57,880 nucleotides of DNA from a virus (IMGVR_UViG_3300028043_000002:1-57880), one strand, 5' to 3'. Shown: positions 47,564 to 56,038, counted from the stretch's first letter. The notes: generated by a model not told the origin, from the sequence alone. Numbers and translations: made by a program.

Positions 47564-47788
47564 ATGGAAGACCTTGAAATTCATCCAATGGGAATTTGCT
47601 TCACAGAAACTGGTCCTATCATTACCGTTGCTCTCACCGAATTTATCTCCATCACCGACAGGTTTCCCAAATTCAAAATCCGGAAAAATCCCAATATTGC
47701 AAACCCAACCTGGAATCCCTTGGGATGGGAAGCTCATTGGGAGGATGGTGAAACCACAATCATGCTTGTGATTTACCAGGAACCCTAA
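47564..47788 (+). CDS. Hypothetical protein
   Basis: AAGGAGGTG RBS. Confidence 0.65.
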   Translation: MEDLEIHPMGICFTETGPIITVALTEFISITDRFPKFKIRKNPNIANPTWNPLGWEAHWEDGETTIMLVIYQEP

Positions 47789-47797
47789 GGAGGTGCT

Positions 47798-48025
47798 ATG
47801 AAAACCGAATTAATATTGGCAGCGCGGTACATTTTCGAAATGAGGCAGTATGGTATGGACGAGGAGGCCGCCTTGGAAGCCCTTGAGGGAGAGTTTCGTG
47901 TGCCTACCGGCGAGTTAAAGGAGATTGCTGATAAGTACCGCGTAATGGCAAAAGAGTGGTACGAGATTGGGGATGCCAAGGTCTGCGCACTTATCGCTTC
48001 CTGGCTCCTAGAGGAACACCTTTAA
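47798..48025 (+). CDS. Hypothetical protein
   Basis: AAGGAGGTG RBS. Confidence 0.65.
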   Translation: MKTELILAARYIFEMRQYGMDEEAALEALEGEFRVPTGELKEIADKYRVMAKEWYEIGDAKVCALIASWLLEEHL

Positions 48026-48057
48026 ACCGGTATAAATGTAAAAAGGAGGAGACACAA

Positions 48058-48267
48058 ATGAAAGAGTTGCTCGAAGTTACGTTTCATGACGGTACAGGTG
48101 GCAGGAAGAGTATTCAATTGGATACGACGCGTGAAGCATTTGCTAAGTTACTGGGTTACGCGTCGTATGAAGAGTTGCTCGAAGTCCACGGCTCTTGGGA
48201 TCAAGCTCTCGACTACTGGAAGTCACAGTGGGAAGGCATGGGTCTCGAGGTCAAGTTGAATCGCTAA
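48058..48267 (+). CDS. Hypothetical protein
   Basis: Start reassigned to ATG 48058 (MKELLEVTFHDG) after AAGGAGG. Confidence 0.65.
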   Translation: MKELLEVTFHDGTGGRKSIQLDTTREAFAKLLGYASYEELLEVHGSWDQALDYWKSQWEGMGLEVKLNR

Positions 48268-48295
48268 CCTTTAACCATAAAAAGGAGGAGCCACA

Positions 48296-48670
48296 ATGGA
48301 ACAGAAGCAGTTCGTGGATGTGGATTTTGACAATCTCTTAAGTGGAGTGAAGGACTACGAAAAAGGGATTGGCAAAGGTGGACGCGCTCGCGCGAGCGTG
48401 ATGTCCGCATATCGGGAAACCCTGATTCAGCTGTTCAAGCATGCTGAATCGGTGGGCGTCACCGAGATGGAAGCTTCTGCTATCGTGCGGAAGCTGGCGG
48501 ATGTCTTTCTCGGCGGCGATTACCGTCGTTCGTACAACTACCTCAACGATTGCGCCAAGAAGGGCCACATTCCGCCCCATTGGAAATCCGAGGGGAAGGA
48601 AGAAGGAAAGAAACTGAAGACCTTCATCTACGTGGGCGAGCAGCCCCCTGAAGATGAAGTTGAGGAGTAA
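48296..48670 (+). CDS. YxRSYxY-family protein, paralog 2
   Basis: SVMSAYRETL...DYRRSYNYL. Confidence 0.8.
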   Translation: MEQKQFVDVDFDNLLSGVKDYEKGIGKGGRARASVMSAYRETLIQLFKHAESVGVTEMEASAIVRKLADVFLGGDYRRSYNYLNDCAKKGHIPPHWKSEGKEEGKKLKTFIYVGEQPPEDEVEE

Positions 48671-48679
48671 ACCTTTAAC

Positions 48680-48709
48680 TGGGGGAGCTTCGGCTCCCCC
48701 AAACTTTTC
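48680..48709 (+). terminator. Rho-independent terminator
   Basis: GGGGGAGC-TTCG-GCTCCCCC followed by AACTTTT. Confidence 0.65.
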
Positions 48710-48713
48710 TCAC

Positions 48714-48977
48714 ATGACAACCACAACCTTCTCCTATAAATGTGTGGACTGTGGAACCGTCTTCTTCAAACCCCAACCACCTGACTGTGAGTTTTGTAAT
48801 CAACGCATTGAGTGCCTGATCTCCTTTGAAGAGGGACCACCATGTGAAGAGGCGCTGTGCTTTACTTGCAAAGAGTCTCTTGACCATTTGTGGGCTTTCC
48901 CCTGTAACCGTTGTGGCAAGCTCTGTCCTTCGGGTCAAGAGCTTTGTGATGACTGTTTAGCTGTGACATCTTTTTAA
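48714..48977 (+). CDS. Cys-rich protein with internal CxxC-x5-C tag
   Basis: CEFCNQRIECLI plus several CxxC pairs; start reassigned to MTTTTF. Confidence 0.7.
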   Translation: MTTTTFSYKCVDCGTVFFKPQPPDCEFCNQRIECLISFEEGPPCEEALCFTCKESLDHLWAFPCNRCGKLCPSGQELCDDCLAVTSF

Positions 48978-48989
48978 GAGGAGGAAAAA

Positions 48990-49325
48990 ATGGGAACTCC
49001 TGAAGAGGATTTTTTCAAGCGCCTGGAAAGGGGACCCGCTGAGGGTTCTGAAATCGAAGTTTCAATCCAAGGAGGTCCTTACGGTGTAATTGAGTGGGGC
49101 CACGATAGAAAGGAGTGGGATAATCGGGGCCTAGACGAAACCTGGATTCATCTTTACAACTTCGATGAGACAGAAGTTAAAACCGTGGTCATTGGAATTG
49201 CTGAGGCAATCAATATCGTCGAGAATGCATTTGAAAACTCCTTCCCTGAAGACTCTTACGAACTCTTCCGGGTACAGGAGATGTGTAATGACCTTCGCAA
49301 GTACCTTAAAGGAGAACGCCCATGA
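48990..49325 (+). CDS. Acidic hypothetical protein
   Basis: GAGGAGG RBS. Confidence 0.7.
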   Translation: MGTPEEDFFKRLERGPAEGSEIEVSIQGGPYGVIEWGHDRKEWDNRGLDETWIHLYNFDETEVKTVVIGIAEAINIVENAFENSFPEDSYELFRVQEMCNDLRKYLKGERP

Positions 49326-49600
49326 GTAAAACTATTGAAGAGCTTTTGCGGCAAGAACTCGAAATCTTAATGTCAACTATGATGACACACCTCAAAGACA
49401 GGGGACTGCCAGTTGACCTTAAGTTGGTCTTAACCGACTCCGTGAACGGCGACTTGCTGTTTTACACCTTCAGTACTGAGCTGCTCGCTGCTGCGGATGG
49501 TGAGTACTTTGTTGAAGAAAGGCGGTGTGTCTACCGAAAGTTTGATTTCAATAGTGTGCTCCTTGAGGAAAAGGAGTGGGACTTGGGAAGTAGGCCGTAG
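49322..49600 (+). CDS. Hypothetical protein
   Basis: AAGGAG RBS; coupled to the upstream gene. Confidence 0.65.
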   Translation: MSKTIEELLRQELEILMSTMMTHLKDRGLPVDLKLVLTDSVNGDLLFYTFSTELLAAADGEYFVEERRCVYRKFDFNSVLLEEKEWDLGSRP

Positions 49601-49629
49601 GCAACCTTAAACTTTAAAAGGAGAAGAGC

Positions 49630-49827
49630 ATGACCAAGAAAGCTGAAGTAATCATGGTACTGGACAAGAACGACAAAGATGGTGGTGAGAAGAGGGGATC
49701 GGCTCGCTATATTGCTGCAGCTGGGCAAGACTTCCCCGCGATGACAAATGCGTACATCATGAGATCCTTTATCGGACCTGCGCCCTCACCTGAGAAGGTC
49801 AGGATAACCTTGGAAACCATCGAATAA
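49630..49827 (+). CDS. Small hypothetical protein
   Basis: AAGGAG RBS; last gene before the non-coding region. Confidence 0.7.
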   Translation: MTKKAEVIMVLDKNDKDGGEKRGSARYIAAAGQDFPAMTNAYIMRSFIGPAPSPEKVRITLETIE

Positions 49828-50181
49828 CTTTTTTCCCCAAACTGTTTTAATTTCTCCTCGATGAAGGGGTTTCTCTAGATCGCTTTTGAGCCCCTAGATA
49901 CCAATTCACCGGTAATCTAATTCATCCATCTTCAACTTTCACCACCTTAACCCTTACTCTTTTTACTCTACTCTGCTTACTAGCAGGTCTAAATTTTTCC
50001 TGTACGTCTGCCATCACCCATTCCTCTTAAGTTCGCGCCGGGCGGGGGTGGTACTCGCCAGATATAGTTGGAGCCAAGTCTATAACTTTTACTGAGCATA
50101 AGGTGGTCATTTAAAAGATTTCTACCTAGGCGGTGCAGGTGTGAGCCATACAGGTACCCCCTCAAAATTTATTCTCATAAT

Positions 50182-50688
50182 GAAACTTCTAAACGAAAAG
50201 ATTATGGGGAGGACACATCGAAACTTCTAAACGAAAGGACTTATAGGGAGGCCTCAGAGAAACTTCTAAACGGAGAAATGAAAGGGCATGCCTTTCGAAA
50301 CTTCTAAACGAAAAGATTATGGGGAGGCCGCAGAGAAACTTCTAAACGGGGGAGGCGAGTCCGAAACTTCTAAACGAAGAATTTTAAAGGGGTGTCTCAC
50401 AACGAAACTTCTAAACGGAGAAATGAAAGGGATGACTACAATGAAGCTTCTAAACGAAAAATAGAGGGGCGGCCTTTTCGAAACTTCTAAACGAAAAGAT
50501 ATATGGGTTGTGGATGCAGCGAAACTTCTAAACGGAGAATTTTAATTGTGGTGTCTACAATGAAACTTCTAAACGAAGTTTTAGCCCGTTTAGAAGTTTA
50601 TTTTGAATTAGTCCGTTTAGAAGTTTATTTTTTTGAGATGCGGTTTCCCGAAACTTCTAAACGAAATTAAAGTCCGTTTCGAAGTTTC
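50182..50688. repeat. Array of 14-bp GAAACTTCTAAACG repeats (iteron-like; candidate origin or packaging region)
   Basis: Direct copies at 50182, 50220, 50259, 50297, 50335, 50363, 50404, 50443 (1 mismatch), 50480, 50521, 50562 and 50650; inverted copies at 50587, 50614 and 50675; AT-rich tract follows. Confidence 0.9.
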
Positions 50689-50750
50689 TCTTCTGGGGGC
50701 TCCATTTCGAAGTTTAGAAAATTTAAATTATTTTTTCATAAAAAAACGCC

Positions 50751-50780
50751 TTGAAAAATACCTTATCGCGCAAATAAAAT
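50751..50780 (+). promoter_or_regulatory. Sigma70-type promoter candidate
   Basis: TTGAAA-18 bp-TAAAAT. Confidence 0.5.
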
Positions 50781-50856
50781 TAAATAAAAAAAGATGTCAC
50801 GTTTTTACCGGAGCGGAGCGGACCTGCACTAAAAAATTTTAGCCATAGAAAAGACG

Positions 50857-50886
50857 TTGCTTTCAGCCAATTTGGGACATTAAAAT
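50857..50886 (+). promoter_or_regulatory. Sigma70-type promoter candidate
   Basis: TTGCTT-18 bp-TAAAAT upstream of 50951. Confidence 0.5.
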
Positions 50887-50950
50887 ATTTTTATAAAGTT
50901 GGAACTAAAAAGTTCTAACTTAACCCAACCCTTCACAGGAGGAGCACAAC

Positions 50951-51457
50951 ATGGAACAGGCAGTCAAACAGATTACATTGGATGAGGTGATGTCGAGTGG
51001 TGGACAACGTGGGGGCACTGGCGCGATGAGTGCCTTCAAAGCCAACCTGATTCACATCCTGAAGCAGGTTGCTGACCCGGCCAACAAGGGCAAAGTTCGT
51101 CAGCTGAAAATTGACGGAAAGGATTGCCCCGCGGTGCCGGTGGGGAAAGTGGTCAACTCTCTCAAGCAGCTGTTCGTTGGTGGCACGATGGACACCTGGA
51201 AAGACGGGCAGCGGTACAACCGCAGCTACCGTTACCTCAAGGGGTTCGCTGATCAGGGTACCCTCACGAAGTTGGGTGTGGTGATCCTGAGCAAGGACAA
51301 CCACGACCTGCCCGACAATGTCAACCACATCGTTATCGTGGATTCCAGCAAGCTTCTGGGCAAAACGGAGATCACCACCAAATCGGCTCCCAAGGCCGAG
51401 CCTCCCAAGGCTGAGACCCCCAAGGCGGCGCCGGAAAAGGCTTCTGATCTCGCCTAA
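50951..51457 (+). CDS. YxRSYxY-family protein, paralog 3 (candidate abundant DNA-binding protein)
   Basis: GAMSAFKANL...RYNRSYRYL; C-terminal PKAE repeats; own promoter and terminator. Confidence 0.8.
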   Translation: MEQAVKQITLDEVMSSGGQRGGTGAMSAFKANLIHILKQVADPANKGKVRQLKIDGKDCPAVPVGKVVNSLKQLFVGGTMDTWKDGQRYNRSYRYLKGFADQGTLTKLGVVILSKDNHDLPDNVNHIVIVDSSKLLGKTEITTKSAPKAEPPKAETPKAAPEKASDLA

Positions 51458-51468
51458 CCACTAACCAG

Positions 51469-51498
51469 AGGGGGGCACTTAGTGCCCCCCTTATTTTT
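51469..51498 (+). terminator. Rho-independent terminator
   Basis: GGGGGGCAC-TTA-GTGCCCCCC-TTATTTTT. Confidence 0.8.
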
Positions 51499-51565
51499 GA
51501 CCTTATAATTGGGCCAAATTTTGGTCCTTCAAAAAATGGTAGGGAACCTTTAGAACTGGAGAGCA

Positions 51566-51778
51566 GTGATGAGAACACTATCTGAGGAAGAAATTGAGGC
51601 ATATGTAGCCTCCCAGGGCAAAGAATGCCCCTGGTGTAAAAGCCGGAATATCGAAGAGACAGGCTTCTTGGACATGACCGACCAATGGACATCAAACGAA
51701 ATGAAGTGTCTGGAATGTAAAGCCCTTTGGCATGCCCTCTATGTTCTGATCCATGTCATCTACGAGCCAGATGAGTGA
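51566..51778 (+). CDS. Zn-ribbon protein
   Basis: CPWC...CLEC...W. Confidence 0.75.
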   Translation: MMRTLSEEEIEAYVASQGKECPWCKSRNIEETGFLDMTDQWTSNEMKCLECKALWHALYVLIHVIYEPDE

Positions 51779-51803
51779 TCGTATTAGCACTGGAGTGGGA
51801 CAA

Positions 51804-53048
51804 ATGATATTTTTTATTCTAACCCGGACTATCCAAAACATAGCTTTCATGGGAACTCCACACCCAAGTGCACGTTACGTTGTGGGTTGTGGTTACGCAG
51901 TGAGACTCTATAAACATGAAGGCACCATGGGTGAAAGTTTTCTATATTATTAGCCAAGAGGGAACTACCTTCTACAAGGGAATCATACCAACCAATTCTT
52001 GGCAGAACTTTCGGGAATTCTTTGTCATGTCCCAGAATATAATACACCTTAAGCGGCTAGATTCGATGTTCTTCAGGAAGTGGTGTGATGTTCCTTATTA
52101 AATGCAGCCCTGACCTCTATGGTAGGGCCTTTAAGTATATTGCCAAGTCGGGAAACTACAAACGACTTGGCCATCACTTTATCTACATAGTTGGAAGAGA
52201 TCCACGGTCACTAAAGGGAGTAGCTGAGATGAAAGCGATTGGATCAGCACTTGGATGGAGTAAGCCACCCCCCGGAACTATATACAATCACGGAGCAGCA
52301 TGGCATGGACCGGGATAGTCACTAAAATATTTGACCACCAAAAATCAGGGGGTGAATTTGAAACGTTTGTTCACAAGAAACTTGGTAATCTTCATTTTAA
52401 CCAAACATCCGTGTACCGGTAACCGAGTATACTACATTAGTTGCAATTGCTACTTCGTATCGATACCGAGTCTACAATGGTAACTCTTTTTATTTTAACC
52501 AGCCATCCAGGCACCGGCAACCAAGTATATTATATTACCCAACAAGGCGTGGTTTGCAATCGTTACTTCGTATACTCGTCTGGCACCCTTAAAAAACTTG
52601 CGGGTCTTGGTCGTTTCTTTGTGACGCAATGAAAACCTTTTACATTAGGATTTCGGAGTTCGCTTCCCTTTATGCCGTCGCGGACGCGATCTACCTTTTT
52701 GCTCACCCAAAAGTCTATCGTGCGGAGGGGAATCGTTGGCGAGAAATTGGCAAACAACCTTCTTCGTAGTTTGTGGTGTAGAGTCTAATTTCTATGATGC
52801 CGTCTTTACTATAAAGGGTTACACTTGGAGGACACTCTCCGCCTTGAGTGCTTGGCACGACGCACTGTTGATCCTTTATGTGTCAAATGACTAAGGTCTT
52901 TTACATCACCGCCAAAGTTATGCATATCTTTCTAAAAGCGGATCAGGTGTACAGGTTTGTGAACCCAACCTCAGAAAACCGTTACTTGTTGTTGGTTTAT
53001 GGAGGAGGAGTGCCAACTATTAGAATGGTGAATAATTATGGCCACTGA
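51804..53048 (+). CDS. Chain of overlapping micro-ORFs (51804-51953, 51916-52101, 52085-52318, 52352-52483, 52477-52632, 52629-52769, 52736-52894, 52887-53048)
   Basis: Hand-translated. They tile the region mostly with start/stop overlaps, and each has a hydrophobic strand near the N-terminus. Two are clear paralogs (FILT.HP.TGN.VYYI). Confidence 0.55.
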
Positions 53049-53397
53049 TTTTAGTCGTATTTGGGGTGTAGATAAGGTGCAGCTACATGAAAAGCACTTA
53101 GTGGTGATTACTAAACCTATCTATATGCAGCGCAAATTTTGGGGATTTCGGGGGGTGAGGTTAAAGTTGACACTTAGAAGAGATGGTGTAGATTTCTGCT
53201 CCCTGAAAAGCAACAAGCAACTGGGTAGTCATGATCACCCCTCTTTGTGGTCCGATATGGTCTGTCTGGGAAATCTGACCGATGGCTATTTGAGGGCTAC
53301 GCGGGAAGGAGATTGGCAACTCGCAGTTATCTTGGTTATGAAAATGCTTGATTGGGGCAGCTGCAAGCCACGGGAGAGCAGCCATTGGTATTGGTGA
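53038..53397 (+). CDS. Hypothetical protein, possible prokaryotic E2 (UBC-like) fold
   Basis: HDHPSLWSDMVCLGN followed by two helices resembles the E2 HP..x..[IV]CL motif. Confidence 0.5.
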   Translation: MATDFSRIWGVDKVQLHEKHLVVITKPIYMQRKFWGFRGVRLKLTLRRDGVDFCSLKSNKQLGSHDHPSLWSDMVCLGNLTDGYLRATREGDWQLAVILVMKMLDWGSCKPRESSHWYW

Positions 53398-53546
53398 TCA
53401 TGCTCGTTAAGTGGGAAACTTTTGTTGAACTGTTTCCTGTTCGAAGTATTTTTTGGTGGTACCGTATGAATGAGGTGCCATTTGGGAGTTGTTGGGGTGT
53501 AGCACTTGTCAACAATTTTAACCGACTTGAGGAGGTAGAGACATGA
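53394..53546 (+). CDS. Micro-ORF (50 aa)
   Basis: GTGA overlap; MIMLVKWETFVELF... Confidence 0.5.
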   Translation: MIMLVKWETFVELFPVRSIFWWYRMNEVPFGSCWGVALVNNFNRLEEVET

Positions 53547-54076
53547 AGTTGCGACAGTACATTCCGGAAGAACTTTGTGAGAAGTGTGAGAAGCGTATAG
53601 ACTGCATAACCGAGGTGGTTGACAGCATACCCACTCTGGTGAAAGTGGGCCCCGATACGTGCTGTGTCTTGGCTAAACCTTTGACGGTCTTTGTTCCTAG
53701 TGCTAACCTACCTTATGATATCCAGGTGCCTTCCGCAGTGGAGATTGGTTCACCAGGAACTCTAGAGTGTGCGGCCGCTTTGACCCAAGAGGAGCTCAAT
53801 GCTTTGATTGAGTGGGGCATTGAGAAGTATTTCGATATGGTCCTAGGTAGCCAAGACATTAAGATGCCCAAAACTGTTGCGGAGCTACGAACTGCAGGCG
53901 ACGGCACCAACCATATTGTGGGTATGATTGCTTTGATCGCGCGGGCGTTTATGGAGGGGAATTTCAAGATCTACCTGAAATTTCCGGAAACTCATTTGCA
54001 TCCTAAGGCGCAGCTGGGTTTGGTGGAGATGCTTCGTAGTTTGTTGGAGCCGCCACCAAAGAATGTGGCACTCTAA
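53543..54076 (+). CDS. CxxC-x5-C-tagged protein with a degenerate ABC-ATPase (AAA_21/OLD-like) C-terminal half
   Basis: CEKCEKRIDCIT; LRTAGDGT signature-like segment and IYLKFPETHLHPKAQ (Walker B/D-loop-like); no Walker A. Confidence 0.7.
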   Translation: MKLRQYIPEELCEKCEKRIDCITEVVDSIPTLVKVGPDTCCVLAKPLTVFVPSANLPYDIQVPSAVEIGSPGTLECAAALTQEELNALIEWGIEKYFDMVLGSQDIKMPKTVAELRTAGDGTNHIVGMIALIARAFMEGNFKIYLKFPETHLHPKAQLGLVEMLRSLLEPPPKNVAL

Positions 54077-54077
54077 A

Positions 54078-54239
54078 ATGCATGTCATTGTCGTCACTAA
54101 GGTTGAATCCGACCTTTATGGGGGGATCTTCCGAGTTCAAGACATTGTCAGTGGCAAATTTTGTGAGGTCTATATAAGTCATGATCGTGAGGGCATACTG
54201 GTATACCACGTCTTTCAGCGGCAAATGTTTATGAGATAG
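54078..54239 (+). CDS. Micro-ORF (53 aa)
   Basis: MHVIVVTKVESDLYGGIFRV...; shares DLYG with the 52085 ORF. Confidence 0.55.
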   Translation: MHVIVVTKVESDLYGGIFRVQDIVSGKFCEVYISHDREGILVYHVFQRQMFMR

Positions 54240-54277
54240 GGTAGTGAGATGGACAAAAAGAGTGGAGAGGGGCAAAC

Positions 54278-54499
54278 ATGAAACTGCGTTCAAGGTTTTT
54301 GGGTCAAGGGTTTTTTCTGGGGGTTTGGTTTGCGTGTCTGCTCTTGGCGACGATCCAGGATTGGCTGGGACTAGAAGGTTATATTTCACATATACGTGCT
54401 TATTGGATTCACGTGCCCTGGTGGTTTTGGCTGCCGATATGGGGCTTGTGGCTAGTTGTAATGTGTGGGGCAATTCGTTTGGCGAGAATGCCCGATTGA
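54278..54499 (+). CDS. Small Trp-rich membrane protein
   Basis: Two TM segments; GGAGAGGGG RBS. Confidence 0.6.
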   Translation: MKLRSRFLGQGFFLGVWFACLLLATIQDWLGLEGYISHIRAYWIHVPWWFWLPIWGLWLVVMCGAIRLARMPD

Positions 54500-54547
54500 G
54501 GCGGTGGACTCCATGAAAACAATTGTTAGTTTTCGGCTTTTAGAAGA

Positions 54548-54700
54548 ATGATAATATTCGTACTCACCAGCAAAGAGGTGTTCTTACGTTACAATGTTCG
54601 GTGGATGAGTGTTTTACCTTTTCATACCGCCGCGTTCCATGTTTCCTCAGACAAGGGAATTGTAGATTTGTTGTCAATTCTTCGGGAGGCTTGGAGGTAA
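54548..54700 (+). CDS. Micro-ORF (50 aa)
   Basis: MIIFVLTSKEVFLRYNV...; coupled to the 12-aa ORF 54513-54551. Confidence 0.5.
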   Translation: MIIFVLTSKEVFLRYNVRWMSVLPFHTAAFHVSSDKGIVDLLSILREAWR

Positions 54701-54701
54701 A

Positions 54702-55277
54702 ATGACCACCTTGCAGCAATTTTTGCAACATGACCCCTTGTTGGTGCGGCATTACTTGTCAGCACCAGAAACCAATCCTGATGACTACCCCTGGGAGGTG
54801 CACACAATTCAGCGGCAATACTCCCAAGGTCAACTGACTTTGTGTGTTGTCGCTGGCGTAGAATTTTCCCCACATCACGATGTGGAAGCCTTTGATGGTG
54901 AAACTTTAACTGTTATGGTGGGAGAACGTATCGTACAAATTCGCCGAAAGGGTGGGAGGGGAGCTAGAGGTTATGGCATTAGTGAAATTGCTAGGGAGCT
55001 TGGTGTGTCCAGGCAACGGGTACATCAGAAGGTTAAGAAGTGCCAAAATCCCTATGTGAAGTTAAAACGAGGCCCTCGAAGCCCCCACGGGAGTAAGACA
55101 CCGATAGTTAAAGTTAGTGAACAGCTAGTGCCTGTCAAGAGAATGTTGACTGTGACCGTGTTGCGGCTACGGTGGCAATGCCCACAATGTGGTCACCTCA
55201 ACGGAATCAGGAAAATGACTGATAATCAGCGGTTTTCTTGCCAAAAGTGCTTTAAGAGGGCTAGGTTAGTTAGATGA
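54702..55277 (+). CDS. HTH DNA-binding protein (sigma region 4-like HTH) with C-terminal Zn ribbon
   Basis: ISEIARELGVSRQRVHQ; CPQC...CQKC. Confidence 0.8.
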   Translation: MTTLQQFLQHDPLLVRHYLSAPETNPDDYPWEVHTIQRQYSQGQLTLCVVAGVEFSPHHDVEAFDGETLTVMVGERIVQIRRKGGRGARGYGISEIARELGVSRQRVHQKVKKCQNPYVKLKRGPRSPHGSKTPIVKVSEQLVPVKRMLTVTVLRLRWQCPQCGHLNGIRKMTDNQRFSCQKCFKRARLVR

Positions 55278-55515
55278 CATTCATTGTGGTAACTGGAGCT
55301 CCATTGCTAGTGAGGTTGGCTCGGGGGTTTCGTCTCTTTGAATCAGGCGGTAAAACTTTGCTGGCATGGGCTTTTTGGACAGTATGACCCCGATGATCAT
55401 CATACTCACTAAATCGGAGCGGATTTGGGCTCAACGTAACTTCGTTTTAGTCACTCATTTATGGGATGGACTCAGATTTTTGTTGTGCCCTCTTCAGGGT
55501 AGTGACATTTGGTAA
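55274..55515 (+). CDS. Two coupled micro-ORFs (55274-55387, 55384-55515)
   Basis: MTFIVVTG... and MTPMIIILTKSERIW...; ATGA overlaps. Confidence 0.5.
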
Positions 55516-55529
55516 GGGAGGGTTTTATA

Positions 55530-55835
55530 ATGGCTCTAATAAGAGAAGATTGCCACGGTATCTATGTGAAGGCGGATGGTAGTATCTTTCGCCCACAGGT
55601 TAACCGCTATCATGGCCACTTAAAAAATGTGGCCTCTAAGTATCGTGCTGGAGAAAAGGTGAGAGCTCGGCATATCCCCCAAACGACAAGAGCCAAAGTA
55701 GGAGACGAATTTTGGTTTGGTCACGGCAGTTATGATTTTTGGGACCCCGCAGTAGGGAAATTCATTCCCATTCCTTCAGAGAAGGTGTGGGATACTATAG
55801 GAGCTGAATACTGTGATGGTCATCATACTTACTAA
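55530..55835 (+). CDS. Hypothetical protein
   Basis: ATG 55530 after GGAGG; MALIREDCHGIYVK. Confidence 0.7.
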   Translation: MALIREDCHGIYVKADGSIFRPQVNRYHGHLKNVASKYRAGEKVRARHIPQTTRAKVGDEFWFGHGSYDFWDPAVGKFIPIPSEKVWDTIGAEYCDGHHTY

Positions 55836-56018
55836 ATCGGAGCGAATTTGGACTCAACGCAAATTCGTTTTAGTCACTCATTTATGGGATGGACTCAGAT
55901 TTTTGCAGTTGAGCCCCGATTGGGAACTTTTTCCTGCGTGGTGTGAATTACCAGATTGGGAGGATTAAAGATGTGGCTTCCAAGTATCGTGCTGGCAGAG
56001 AAGGTGTGGGATACTATA
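55815..56018 (+). repeat. Mosaic of four local duplications
   Basis: 55815-55905 matches 55392-55482; 55910-55973 matches 56172-56235; 55971-55995 matches 55627-55651; 55996-56018 equals 55777-55799. Confidence 0.85.
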
Positions 56019-56038
56019 TTGAACTACAGGAGGACAGA

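Noticed and set aside
50182-50688. CRISPR array interpretation of the 14-bp repeats
   Set aside because: The repeat is too short, spacers reuse each other's sequence, inverted copies are present, and no cas genes are in the window.
50633-50842. 69-aa ORF within the repeat/AT-rich region
   Set aside because: It has no RBS, overlaps the repeats and promoter, and looks low-complexity.
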